Shown here: positions 29,418 to 40,600 of the stretch, in pieces | Numbering within the stretch: the first letter of the stretch is position 1 | How the letters are laid out: each line of letters begins with the position of its first letter | Source of the DNA: a virus | Taxonomy: Duplodnaviria > Caudoviricetes | Strand: one strand, 5' to 3' | DNA: 64,000 nt | IMG/VR virus record: IMGVR_UViG_3300025608_000013 | Location: 1-64,000 of that record | Made by a program: the position numbers and the translations under genes | The notes under the pieces: generated by a model | Database searches by the model: none | Told to the model about the DNA's origin: nothing | Seen by the model: only the letters and a program-made list of their open reading frames with translations

Positions 29418-30254
29418 TTACATAAATGTTATTCTAACAACGCCTGAACCACCCTGTGTGCCACCGGCACAACATTTGTGAGCGTTATCGTAGTAACTAT
29501 TTTCGCCTGACTGTCCACCGCCAGCTGGCCAGTTGTTGTAACATCCGCAAACACACCATGTTTCTGATGCAGAGTTAAACGAACGTTTACCAATTATTGG
29601 TGCGGCGCCAGTCCAATTACCACGGCGTCTACAATGGTGATGACCGTTACCAAAACGCATACCTGTGTCACCCATCATTACCATATCGGCACCAAAACCG
29701 CCACAAATATTACAGTTAGCGCAACCCCATGAGCGATCATATACGCCCCAAGCGTCTGCGTTACAGTTCCATCCACTACAACCACCTGTTACACAGAAGT
29801 TGTTTAGGTTATGTCCGTTTACATATGAACGACATCCCATTCCTGCTGTACATGTATGTGATTTTTCACATGGCCATGAACCGCCAGCGCACACTGTATA
29901 TGTACAACCAGGTGTTGTTTCAATTGTTTTAATAGCGTAGTTTCCGCCTTGTCCAGAGATAGTATACATACAGCAGTTAGCACATGTACCTCCTGCGCCT
30001 GCTCCGCCGCCTGACCAAATTTCAAAAGTAACTGTTGAAACACCACCGGGCACTGTCCATAAACAACATTGACCATTTGACTGTCCGCAACAATCACCGT
30101 TGTTAGCGCACTGATGACATTCTAGGCCGCGTTGATTGTAGATCCACTGTACACCGTAGTTGTGTCCTGCACCAGGTGCTAGATCTGCTCTAGTCAGCTC
30201 TCGATCTGGAATACTTTCTGTTTTTACTTTTTTATAACTTGCGTATGACGCCAT
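29418..30254 (-). CDS. Cys/Gly-rich tail-tip-like protein, paralogue 1 (26 Cys)
   Basis: WTVPGGV..VTFEIWSGGGAGAG Gly-rich domain; GGSGVVRITF C-terminus. Confidence 0.7.
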   Translation of the reverse strand: MASYASYKKVKTESIPDRELTRADLAPGAGHNYGVQWIYNQRGLECHQCANNGDCCGQSNGQCCLWTVPGGVSTVTFEIWSGGGAGAGGTCANCCMYTISGQGGNYAIKTIETTPGCTYTVCAGGSWPCEKSHTCTAGMGCRSYVNGHNLNNFCVTGGCSGWNCNADAWGVYDRSWGCANCNICGGFGADMVMMGDTGMRFGNGHHHCRRRGNWTGAAPIIGKRSFNSASETWCVCGCYNNWPAGGGQSGENSYYDNAHKCCAGGTQGGSGVVRITFM

Positions 30255-31557
30255 CTTGTTTTTCCTATTCTTTAAGCAAACGTAATCTTAACAATGCCTG
30301 AACCGCCTTGACCTTGTCCGCCGCCGCAGCATTTTTCTGCTGTTTCACAGTAAGAACTCATTCCGCCTAGCGATCCGCCAGCTGGCCAGTTAACGTGATA
30401 TCCACATCCGCACCATGATTCTGTTAAAGACATTTGGTGAATTACTCCGCCTAGCATTGGTGCACCGCCTGTTGACTGGTGGTCAGCACCTTGACAATGA
30501 CAACCTGAGTGACCTAGTCTGTTTCCAACAAATCCCATAATACCAAAGTCTGCACCAAACATACCACAAATGTTACAGTTAGCACAGCCATATGACTTAT
30601 CATATGTACCCCATGCGTCACCATTACACATCCAGCCACCACAACCACCTGTTACACAGAAGTTGCTTAGGTTATGTCCGTTTACATATGAACGACATCC
30701 CATTCCAGCTGAACAAGTGTGTGACTTACTACACGGCCACGAGCCGCCGGCACATACTGTATATTGACAACCAGGTGTAGTACTAATATGCTTCATAGCA
30801 TAGTTTCCGCCGGCGCCGCCGCCATTAAATGAACAACAGTTACAACATGTCTGTCCGGCTCCGCCGCCTCCACCTGACCAAATTTCAAATGTTACTTTTG
30901 ATACACCACCGGGTACAGTCCATAAACAGCATCTTCCATTTGCTTGAGCACAACAGCCGCCAGCTGCTGAACAGGTTTGACATTGTAATGCTCGCTCAGC
31001 ATAAATCCACTGAACACAGGCTTGGTTACCTTCGCCAATTCCGATTTTTTCAGCTGCAATACTGCCGTCTTCGAATTGGTCTGTTTTTATTTTTTTATAA
31101 CTTGCGTAACTTGCCATTCTTTATCCTTTTACGTAAATGTAATTTTTACAATTCCCGAGCCGCCTTGACCCATGCCGCCTGCGCAACATTTTTCTGCTGT
31201 TTCACAATATGGAGAAACGCCTGATGCTCCGCCGCCAGCTGGCCAGTTTACATAACATCCGCAAGCACACCATGCTTCTGATGTTGCCACAGCTTGCATT
31301 TTACCAATTAAAGGTGCTTGTCCAGTAAAGCTAGTTTGTCCATGACATCTACATGCACTTCCGCCTGTTCTAAAGCCAGTTGTTCCTGGCATTGTCATAT
31401 CTGCTCCGCCAAAAGAAGCGCAAATATTACAACCTGCACAAGTACCATGAATACGTGGACCCCAAGCATCACCATTACACATCCAGCCGCCACAGCCGCC
31501 GATGACACAATAGTTGCTTAGGTTATGTCCGTTTACATATGAACGACATCCCATTCC
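29804..31557. repeat. 40-bp exact repeat x3 (29804-29843, 30667-30706, 31518-31557)
   Basis: TTAGGTTATGTCCGTTTACATATGAACGACATCCCATTCC is identical in all three paralogues. Confidence 0.9.
30272..31117 (-). CDS. Cys/Gly-rich tail-tip-like protein, paralogue 2 (29 Cys)
   Basis: Same architecture; MASYASYKK start. Confidence 0.7.
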   Translation of the reverse strand: MASYASYKKIKTDQFEDGSIAAEKIGIGEGNQACVQWIYAERALQCQTCSAAGGCCAQANGRCCLWTVPGGVSKVTFEIWSGGGGGAGQTCCNCCSFNGGGAGGNYAMKHISTTPGCQYTVCAGGSWPCSKSHTCSAGMGCRSYVNGHNLSNFCVTGGCGGWMCNGDAWGTYDKSYGCANCNICGMFGADFGIMGFVGNRLGHSGCHCQGADHQSTGGAPMLGGVIHQMSLTESWCGCGYHVNWPAGGSLGGMSSYCETAEKCCGGGQGQGGSGIVKITFA

Positions 31558-31968
31558 GCCTGTGCATGTATGCGACTTACTACACGGCCACGAGCCGCCG
31601 GCACATACTGTATACTGACAACCAGGTCTAGTACAGATAGTTTTTGATGCATAACTACCACCTTGGCCCCCGGCGGAGAATCCACAACAGTTACAGCATG
31701 TATGTCCGGCTCCGCCGCCGCCACCTGACCAAATTTCAAATGTTACTTTTGATACATTGTTCGGAACAGTCCACAAACAACATCTTCCGTTTGCTTGCTC
31801 ACAACACCCGCCGGCGTTAGCACAGTTATGACATGCGTGACCTCGGCTATTATAAATCCACTGAACACCGTATGCGTTTCCTGCGCCGTTTACTAATTTA
31901 TCTTGCGTAACTGCGCCGTCTGTAACTTGTTCAGACTTAACTTTTTTATAACTTGCATAAGATGCCAT
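31129..31968 (-). CDS. Cys/Gly-rich tail-tip-like protein, paralogue 3 (30 Cys)
   Basis: Same architecture; MASYASYKK start. Confidence 0.7.
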   Translation of the reverse strand: MASYASYKKVKSEQVTDGAVTQDKLVNGAGNAYGVQWIYNSRGHACHNCANAGGCCEQANGRCCLWTVPNNVSKVTFEIWSGGGGGAGHTCCNCCGFSAGGQGGSYASKTICTRPGCQYTVCAGGSWPCSKSHTCTGGMGCRSYVNGHNLSNYCVIGGCGGWMCNGDAWGPRIHGTCAGCNICASFGGADMTMPGTTGFRTGGSACRCHGQTSFTGQAPLIGKMQAVATSEAWCACGCYVNWPAGGGASGVSPYCETAEKCCAGGMGQGGSGIVKITFT

Positions 31969-31986
31969 TTATTAATTTCCTTAATA

Positions 31987-32442
31987 TTATACTGATAGTA
32001 GACGCCAGCCGTATGTTCCGCCTGAATAAACTATGTCAAACGATGCACCTTCTGAGTCTACAGTTAGATCTGCACCGTCGCCCATAATTAGGTTACCATT
32101 ACGTGCAAGTGTGCATGCATTAGTATCAAAAGTACGTGCTGCGTCAAACACACGAATCGAATCGCCTACTTGCGGACTTGCTGGCAATGTAACAGTTCTG
32201 CTGCCGCTGCTAGTGTCCATAAAAATTTGTTGTCCTGGTGCTGCTGTAACATTACTACTAGTATTTACTGTTTCAAACGCACCTACCGGAAGCCAAGAAG
32301 TTCCATTGTAAAATTCTAAAAAGTTTCTGTCGGTATTAAATCTAAAGAAACCTGCTGCCGGAGCAGTTGGTCTTTGATTTTCAGGACCATACGGAAGCGT
32401 TGCTCCTGTTGGTGCTGAACCTAGTGTAATTCTTCTTCCCAT
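31987..32442 (-). CDS. Small tail fibre-associated protein
   Basis: LPYG...QRP...GFFRFNT..LEFYNGTSW module plus VTLPASPQVGD.I module. Confidence 0.65.
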   Translation of the reverse strand: MGRRITLGSAPTGATLPYGPENQRPTAPAAGFFRFNTDRNFLEFYNGTSWLPVGAFETVNTSSNVTAAPGQQIFMDTSSGSRTVTLPASPQVGDSIRVFDAARTFDTNACTLARNGNLIMGDGADLTVDSEGASFDIVYSGGTYGWRLLSV

Positions 32443-32452
32443 TACTTACTCC

Positions 32453-32776
32453 TTAAGCCGGTTGTGCTGTTTCAATGCCGTACGCAACAACGTTTACGTT
32501 TGCTTGTGACGATCTTACAACAATGTAGGCATTAGCTTCAATTACAATACCTGTTCTTTCTAGCACACCTTTAGGTGCTAGCTGCACGTCATACTCAATA
32601 TATTCAGCATTACCCGGTGTTTCAGTTGTACTAACTGCAACACGAATGTCTGCTGTGTTAGAACCTCTGTTACAAACGTTGATGGTTGCTACTGCGTAAA
32701 ATCCATCTGGTACTTGATATACCGTTTCGTTTGTGCTTACAGATAGGTCTGCTGTTCCTAGTCTACCATTTGCCAT
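32453..32776 (-). CDS. Small virion beta protein (family shared with 43389-43721 and 52201-52533)
   Basis: VYQVP..ATINVCNRG..IEYD..LERTGIV. Confidence 0.6.
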   Translation of the reverse strand: MANGRLGTADLSVSTNETVYQVPDGFYAVATINVCNRGSNTADIRVAVSTTETPGNAEYIEYDVQLAPKGVLERTGIVIEANAYIVVRSSQANVNVVAYGIETAQPA

Positions 32777-32806
32777 TTTATGTTCTCTCCGTTAATATTT
32801 ATCTTG

Positions 32807-35800
32807 TTACTTTAAGAAGTATGATAGCGCAACTGGATCGCCTGCGATACCACCTTCAAAGTTAGCTGTAGCAGTAATATTCAAAGGCACATTAGTACTT
32901 GTACTAATTGTGTCTCCAGTAATATTTACCACACCTGCCGTAATGGCGTTTACGTTTAGTTCCGACTGACCGCCACCAATCTGTGAGTTAATGTAAGCAA
33001 TAATTGCTCGTTGTGTTGGTACAACATTATCTGAGTTAGCACTAAATGATCCATCTGTACTAAATTCGTTAATGACTGCACCGCCAGCACCTAGTCCAAC
33101 AGCACCAAGTTGTAGTTCTTGTAGTCCTGCTAGTGAGAACGCATTAACATTCAAACTTGCTTGTCCTGTTGCCTGTTCAACGTTAAACAAACGTCCAACA
33201 CGGAAGTTACCATCTTGGTCTGTACTTGTGTAGAACACTCGTCCGCCACCGCCTTCGACTACTTCATCGTCAATATCTGGTGCAATTAGTGGAGTACCTG
33301 GATAGTTAGTATTCTGGAAATTACCAGTACCAATGTCTAGGAAGTCGTGTCCTGTTAGTCGTGTTTGAGAATAACGAATTCTCAATTCAAAACTTGTTCC
33401 GTGTGCAGGAGCAGTTTCAATTCCTGTATCTGGAGCAATTTGTAAATTAGCAGTATAAGGACCGTTTCCTAACAATTCACGCACAGCAACAATCTTAAAG
33501 AATCTACTATCGCCTGTAATAGTTAAGTTTGACCCTTCTTGCGGAATGTCTGTTAGTCCTTCAACATTAAGGTACTGTCCTGACTGGAAGATATCTGCAT
33601 AACCGTCTCCAGTTGTAACTTCAGCACTTGCAGTTTCGTAGTCAACACCTCTATTACTCCAAGTAGGTTGAGTTAGAACACCGTCTGCAATTCTTACATC
33701 ATGCGGTACATCTAGTGTACTACTCGGATCTGTAATTGTCATTGTTGGTGCACTAGTATATCCACTACCTGGGTTAACAATACGGATCTCAACTACACGC
33801 TCGTCTGATACTCTTGCACGAGCAAATGCGCCAGAACCGCCGCCGCCGCTAAATGTTACTCTTGGCTCAACAATGTAAGTTGTAGTAGCATCTAGTGCAG
33901 TTTCGATTGGGTTAGTATAGTGGAATGTATCCCAACCTGCTGTGCCATCACTTTCTTTAGCAATATTAGCAACTTTAGTATTAGCGTTATATGCAGTAAT
34001 TCTACCATACTGTCCTGCGCCTTTACCTGATAAGATTACAATACGCATACCAACATACTCTGCTGATTCTGCAACTTCTGTGTTAGAAAGTGTAATAGTT
34101 GTTGTAGTACCGGCCTGCGCAGTGTTTGTATTTGTATTGAATCCACGACCACCAAAGCTATCTGCTTCTCCGTCATCGTTATACGTACTTCCGTCATCTG
34201 GATTACGTAGTCTTACTTCAAATATACCACCATTAACAACGTTTGCACTATCTACTGCTGCGCCAAAACCTGCACCTGAAATACCGTATGTAGCAGTTGT
34301 ATAGTCTTGACCTGCATTAGTATATTCAACATGTAGTACTTCGTTACCGTCAGTTAATACATAACCAATTTGTGCTTCTAATTTGCGGTTATCAATTGTA
34401 CCAGTGATTGGAACTTCTGTTTCGTCAACACCTTCTGATACAGCGCCGAAGTCGCCATATGAACAGTTACCGTTAGTGCCACGAATCTTACCGCCTTCTT
34501 CTGCTAGATAACCAATGTGTCCATAGTATGAGAAGATACTAACAAGTTCTGCTCTACCTAAGTTAGTTACCCATGCACCAATACCGTCACTTAGTACCTG
34601 TGTAAAGTCGTTAGCAACAATCGAATCGTTACCGCCATCGTGGATGGCACCGTCTACTTTAATACCTACACAGCCTGTACCAAATGTTGTTACACCTTGT
34701 ACATATGGTGAACGTGTTTGAATCCATACACGGTCGTCTTCTGTTCCCCAACCTGGATCAAGTGATGTATATGCACCTGCTGTTGGACGCTTAGTACCGT
34801 AGCTGTTTGCTGCTCCAAGTGTACCATTTAATCCAGCTGTTGTCATGTTACGAATACCAGTTGCATCTCGTAGTAAGTACATGTTTTCTAATTGTGAACC
34901 TTGTACACTGTTTGTGTAGAACAAGCCTGCCATTAGTGTTTCATAGTTACCCGGATATGCTAGGTCGTATTTAAATGCATCAATATATGCGCGAACGTCA
35001 CGCTCACATGCAGTTTCGTCGTAATCGTAAGCAGGATAGTCATCGTTGATCTTGCTAGTAACTTCTCTAGCAATGAAGTCTTTGTTAAGCTCTAGCAATC
35101 TAATTGCACGATAAATTTGCTCATCATCAACTCGGGTATTATTGCCACCAAATACTGGTGCTGTTGAGTCACCAGTAGCACCATTGATTTCATAATCAAT
35201 TTTATCATATAGCTGTTGTACTAGATTTTGCACAAGTGTAGCTGTTCCTGCATCTGCATGAGGAAGACTATCATCTTGTGTTAATGTGTTGCCAGTTGTT
35301 GGTGTAATAGGATTACCAGTTACGATATCATCGATAACATCTTGTAAGTGTACAAGACCTGCTAGTGAGTATGTAACATCGCCCGAACCTGTTAATTGTC
35401 CTGCTGGCTCAACTCTTGTTGAACGTAGTTCGTCACCTTGGATCACACAGCGTTCTGGAACACGGATTGGAAGTACTTCAGTAAATCTTCCTGTCTTAAC
35501 CATAATGCTTGTATGACGCTTAACTTCTGCTGGAAGAGTCAAACCACCGCCTAGTGTAATTGAATTTTTCATTACAGTGTGCAATGTTGTAATGTCTGTT
35601 AATACACCAGTTTCTGCAGGCTTGCTAGTATCTTTAACTTGGATATACTGATTTGCTAGTGCAATACTACCTTCTGTCTGATAGTTTACATCTGGATCGA
35701 CACTGTTGATAACTTTATCAATTAGTACTAGTGCATAATCAAGTGCAGCAACGTTTTGAGATTCGCCGCCTACGTTAAACCAGTCACCGTCTGTCTGATT

Positions 35801-37606
35801 AATAAATGTATTTGCAACACGTCTTGTGTTTACATTTCCGCCCTTGCGTATATCTAAAATAACTGCGTCTATTACAAATCCAACAATACGTTCAAACTCT
35901 AACTGATCAAAATCAAAACCAATGAAGAACGGATCAGTTTCTGTAACAATCTGACGCTTAGTCCATTCACCTACTTCTTTTTGGATATAAGTTCTGTTAA
36001 CTTCTAGCAAATAAGTTGCGTTAGGTGCCTTTGTACCTTTTTCAACTTGTTCTGCTGCATAACGGATTGTTTTCCAAGGACGGTCTAGTGTAATACCGTA
36101 GCTAGGCGCTGGAGAGTCTACACCGTTGCTAGCAACATAATAAACATCATCAGTTGCACCAAAGTCTGTCCATTCTGGAATACCAGCAGCACTAACACTT
36201 AATACTTGACCTTCTTCGCCAATTGGCAGTCTTGCTGGTCCTGATCCACTTTGATAAAGGATATCACCTTCTGTAGTTAGAGCACTTTCTTCAGCACCTG
36301 ATGCTAAGTTATTCCAAAAGTCGCCTAGTGAATCGTTGTCTGGACGATTTGCTGTTTCTGATGTGTGTGCAGCAATACAAATGTAGCTGATTAGACCATA
36401 GCGTACTGCGTCACCTGCATCATAGAAAGTAGCAGTTAACCATTCATCTTTCCATTCAATACCCTGGTTTAGTCTTTCCCAGTATGTTGCGTTTGGTGGA
36501 CGTTGTCCTTCGTGATTAGTAACACAAAGATATGTATAGCCGCCTAGTCTTACAACATCACCTACACGATATTCTTGGTTAGTTGAGTCGTCTCCCCAGT
36601 CGCCACGGTTACGGAACCCGGTTGTTAATAAGTCCCACGAATCATCTACGCCAGGCTGTCTATTGTAGTTGTTTACAGTAGCAACATATCCAAAACCACC
36701 AAATGTTACAAAGTCACCTGGTTGATAATTTCTATTATAGTCCCAAGTGTTTTCAAATTCTAATCCTGGTACAAAAATTTCCCAGTTGTCTTGATCTGCT
36801 TTTAGTGTACCTGTTCCTGAATCGTCAGCTGGTACAACTGAAGTGTGGGGAACTGTACAAATCCAAAGCGTAGCACCGTACTTAACAACATCGTTTACTT
36901 TGTAGCGTGTTGCATTCGCCCATGTGCCTTTGTAATCGAAACCTTCGTTTAAGTAATCCCATTTTTCTTGGTCGTCTTCTAATCCTAGACCACTAGTTGC
37001 GGCAGAAGTGTGGCCTTGGTTACAAACATAAGTTGTTCCACCAAACTTAACAATGTCGTTTACTTTATAACGGGTGCTAGTAGCCCAAGTTGCTTTCCAC
37101 TCAAGACCTTCGGAGAATAAGTCCCAGCTGTTTTGATTAGCTTCTAATCCTAGAGCATCTGTAACAGCAGCAGTGTGACCAGTGTTACAGAAGTAAATAT
37201 TACCTCCGTACTTGACCAAGTCGTTTGCTTTGTACTGTGTACCTGCAACCCAATCTGATTTCCATTCAATAGATGTAGCAAACAGATCCCATTTTTCTTG
37301 ATCGTCTTCAAGAATTGAGCCAGCTAAGTGTCCTTCGTTACAGATATACAAAATACCACCGTATGCTACGATGTCATTTTCTTTATAAAACGTTCCTGTT
37401 GTCCAGTCGTTTTTCCATTCTGTACCGTCACTAAACTTGTTCCAATGATCCTCGTCATTGTAAAAGTTTGATGATGCTGTATGTCCGCGTACTGCTACAT
37501 ATGTTCTACCACCGTAGCGAACAATATCGTCCTTTAGATATTCTGTACTAGGAGACCAAACTCCTTTCCATATAAATCTAATTCTACCTAACTTAAATTC
37601 TGCCAT
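32807..37606 (-). CDS. Long tail fibre-like protein (1599 aa)
   Basis: N-terminal W....Y..ND.V.YGG..Y.C...H repeats (CBM5/12-like), YYVA..G.D..PWKTI beta-helix start; paralogue of the next gene. Confidence 0.75.
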   Translation of the reverse strand: MAEFKLGRIRFIWKGVWSPSTEYLKDDIVRYGGRTYVAVRGHTASSNFYNDEDHWNKFSDGTEWKNDWTTGTFYKENDIVAYGGILYICNEGHLAGSILEDDQEKWDLFATSIEWKSDWVAGTQYKANDLVKYGGNIYFCNTGHTAAVTDALGLEANQNSWDLFSEGLEWKATWATSTRYKVNDIVKFGGTTYVCNQGHTSAATSGLGLEDDQEKWDYLNEGFDYKGTWANATRYKVNDVVKYGATLWICTVPHTSVVPADDSGTGTLKADQDNWEIFVPGLEFENTWDYNRNYQPGDFVTFGGFGYVATVNNYNRQPGVDDSWDLLTTGFRNRGDWGDDSTNQEYRVGDVVRLGGYTYLCVTNHEGQRPPNATYWERLNQGIEWKDEWLTATFYDAGDAVRYGLISYICIAAHTSETANRPDNDSLGDFWNNLASGAEESALTTEGDILYQSGSGPARLPIGEEGQVLSVSAAGIPEWTDFGATDDVYYVASNGVDSPAPSYGITLDRPWKTIRYAAEQVEKGTKAPNATYLLEVNRTYIQKEVGEWTKRQIVTETDPFFIGFDFDQLEFERIVGFVIDAVILDIRKGGNVNTRRVANTFINQTDGDWFNVGGESQNVAALDYALVLIDKVINSVDPDVNYQTEGSIALANQYIQVKDTSKPAETGVLTDITTLHTVMKNSITLGGGLTLPAEVKRHTSIMVKTGRFTEVLPIRVPERCVIQGDELRSTRVEPAGQLTGSGDVTYSLAGLVHLQDVIDDIVTGNPITPTTGNTLTQDDSLPHADAGTATLVQNLVQQLYDKIDYEINGATGDSTAPVFGGNNTRVDDEQIYRAIRLLELNKDFIAREVTSKINDDYPAYDYDETACERDVRAYIDAFKYDLAYPGNYETLMAGLFYTNSVQGSQLENMYLLRDATGIRNMTTAGLNGTLGAANSYGTKRPTAGAYTSLDPGWGTEDDRVWIQTRSPYVQGVTTFGTGCVGIKVDGAIHDGGNDSIVANDFTQVLSDGIGAWVTNLGRAELVSIFSYYGHIGYLAEEGGKIRGTNGNCSYGDFGAVSEGVDETEVPITGTIDNRKLEAQIGYVLTDGNEVLHVEYTNAGQDYTTATYGISGAGFGAAVDSANVVNGGIFEVRLRNPDDGSTYNDDGEADSFGGRGFNTNTNTAQAGTTTTITLSNTEVAESAEYVGMRIVILSGKGAGQYGRITAYNANTKVANIAKESDGTAGWDTFHYTNPIETALDATTTYIVEPRVTFSGGGGSGAFARARVSDERVVEIRIVNPGSGYTSAPTMTITDPSSTLDVPHDVRIADGVLTQPTWSNRGVDYETASAEVTTGDGYADIFQSGQYLNVEGLTDIPQEGSNLTITGDSRFFKIVAVRELLGNGPYTANLQIAPDTGIETAPAHGTSFELRIRYSQTRLTGHDFLDIGTGNFQNTNYPGTPLIAPDIDDEVVEGGGGRVFYTSTDQDGNFRVGRLFNVEQATGQASLNVNAFSLAGLQELQLGAVGLGAGGAVINEFSTDGSFSANSDNVVPTQRAIIAYINSQIGGGQSELNVNAITAGVVNITGDTISTSTNVPLNITATANFEGGIAGDPVALSYFLK

Positions 37607-37643
37607 TTAATTGCTCCGTTTACTAGCTTTTTTATATTTATCT

Positions 37644-40600
37644 TTATCCGTTAAAGTCATCCTGCGATGTCATTGCTGCCATAAACAATGAATTTGCAAG
37701 CATGTCTCCATCCACTCCGCCGGTAAAGTTTGTAGTTTCACTGAAGTTAACAATACCTTCAGTAGTTCCTATTTCGTTATTTGTAGCAAATACAACACCT
37801 GCTGTAATTTTGTTAGTAAACAGCGTTGCTCCACCACCTGTAATACGATTTTCTAAGTAGTCTCCAATTGCTCTCTGTGTAGGAATAATTGCATCTGAGT
37901 TTGCAGTCATTGTATTATCTGTTGAGAACTCTCTAATTGTAGCCTGTGTACCGCCTACTTGAATACCACCTAGTCTCAATTCATCTAGTCCGCCTAGATC
38001 AAAGAAGTCTGCGTTTAGTGTTAAGCCACCTGATGCCTGTGCAACTCGGAATAGTTCACCTACTCTAAAGTTACCGTCTTGGTCAGTACTTGTGTAGAAC
38101 ACTCGTCCACCATTGGCTTCGACAATTTCGTTTGCCTGGCGTGTTTCGTTAATAGCTTCACGACCAAATACATATAGCTCTGGATAGTTTGTATCTTCAA
38201 AGTTACCAGTACCAATGTCTAGGAAGTCATGTCCTGTTAGTCGTACTTGTGAAAAGTCCTCACGTATTGTAATTGCTTCTTCATGATCTGGCGAAGTATC
38301 AATTGCAATCAATGGACTAATTCTTACCTTAATATCAAAATTAGGTGCTACTCCGCTTGTCTCTTCAACAAGTACAATACGATAGATTGTATCTGGTTGA
38401 CCTGCAAGACGTAAGTTTGATCCTGGACCTGGAACTTTTGCAACATTTTTAAGAACTAAGCTTTGACCTAGCTGATAAATGTCAGCATATCCGTTGCCTG
38501 TTAGTGTAGTTACAGCAGTAATATATCCGGTTCCTCTATTATAAAATGTCGGCTGCGGTAGTACTCCGTCATTAACATTTGTTTGTATTAACGGTTCGAT
38601 ATACTCTTCCGGATCTGTTACTGTAACTAAAGGTGTAGTTGCGTAACCTGAACCTGGATCTAAAACAATAAATCTGTTTAAGTTATTGTTAGCAACGGTT
38701 ACACGCATTAATGCTCTACGTCCGCCAGTAATAGTAACACCTGTGTCTGATCCGTCTTTGGTTAGCCATGTAGGTTGTCCGTTTACTACGCCGCCTGCAA
38801 CAGATCCGTAACCTGGTAAGTCAGCACGTTGTATCCAGTTTGCACTATCATCCGACGTTAGTAGTGTTCCGTTACTACCTACAGCAATAAATTCGCCGCC
38901 AGCATAAGCAATATTCCAATCTTGGCGTACTGAGTCGCCTACTAGATCACTGTCTAGCCAGTTTACACCGTCTGGTGAGTAAAAAATTCTGTCTGCATCA
39001 TTTACAGAAGCAACAAATTTGTTGTCTCCCCATACAATTTCGTTATACGCTTCGGGGCTAGACGGTGCAGGTAAAAGTCCACCTGTCCATGTATCGCCGT
39101 TGTCTTGACTATAAACTGTGTACCCGTCTGAACTAATGGCAATCCATAAGCCTGCACCATATGTAATGTCTACCCAGTCTCTGCTAGCTGGTAAACTTAC
39201 TGTTGTCCATGTATCAGGAGCAATACTCGAGTCCACACCTTGTGTAATTGTACCTTTTAGAACATTATCTTGTCCAGTAGCACATAAAATTACAGTATCG
39301 TTGTCTCTACCACCAACTGCAACACCTGTCCAGTCCCATGTTTGACCTAAATTTACATAGTCCCATAGTGTTCCTTCGTTTGAGTAGTGCAAATTAGCAG
39401 ATCCTTGCGATGCAATCAACATCATTGGACCGCTTTTAGCAATAGCACTCCATGTAGCACTATTTTCTAGCTGATTAGTTGTCCAAGTTGTACCGCTATT
39501 AGTACTTACCTCAACATCATTAGTACCGCTTAGTGCATAGTAGAAGTTTCCACCTGCAAAACCCATAATTCCTAGTCCTGCACGAGTTACGTTAGTTGTA
39601 CTATTCCAGTCTGGATCTGCAACACTTACTCTAGGTTCAATTTCGTACTTAGTAGTTTCGTCAAGTGTTAATTCTATTTGATTTGCACCAAGAATATTGT
39701 CCCAACCAATAGTATTTGTTGATTCTTTGTACACCGTAACTAGCTTGCTAACTTCATTATACGACTGAATCCAGCCATATTGACTTACACCTCGGCCGCT
39801 TGTAATATAAATTCTCATTCCAACAAGCTGCGCTGACAATCTTTCTTCAGATTGTGCTAGTGTAATAGTTGTTGCAGTGCCACTTTGAGCAAAATTAGTA
39901 ATAAATTTATAACCTGCGCCGCCGGCTGTACTACTGTCTTCTGGTTTTAGAATTCTAACATCACTAACAGCATTATCACGGAATTCGTTCCATTCAACGT
40001 CTAGTCCTGTTCCTGCACTGTTAATAGTATTAATACTTGCACTTGTATAATGTTGTCCTGCATTAAAATATCCAAATGCTATTACTTCGTCAGTATCAGT
40101 ATATGTTTTTTGTACCTGTGCTTCTAAACTTTGGTTGTTTACTTCGCCGGTAACTGGAATTTCTGTAGCTGAGAATCCTTCAGCAACTGAACCAAATGTA
40201 CCATACGAGTTGTTACCGTTAGTAGCACGTAAAATACCACCTTCTTCTGCAAGATATCCAATATGTGCATAGTATGTAAACACAGATACAAGCTCAGAGC
40301 GTCCTCCATTTGAGGCCCAATACCCAATTCCGTCACTTAGTACTTGTGTAAAGTCGTTGGCAACAACACTTCTGTTTCCGCCGTTATGCAATGCACCGTC
40401 AATCTTCATACCTACACAATTATTACCAATTGTTGTAACACCTTGTACATAAGTCGACTTATCACGTACCCATACACGCTGATCATCTGGGCCTTCACCT
40501 GGGTCAAGACTTACAAATGCGCCTCCTGTTGGACGTTTTGTTCCGTAATCGTTAGCGTCTGATAGTAAACCAGTCAATCCTTTCATCGATAACTGTCTAA

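Noticed and set aside
29418-31968. Diversity-generating retroelement TR/VR pair or CRISPR array
   Set aside because: Repeats lie inside paralogous ORFs, mismatches are not adenine-specific, and there is no reverse transcriptase, cas gene or spacer periodicity
33321-38244. 42-bp near-identical segment in the two long fibre genes (33321-33362, 38203-38244)
   Set aside because: Encodes the conserved RLTGHDFLDIGTGN motif; protein constraint plus codon bias may be sufficient
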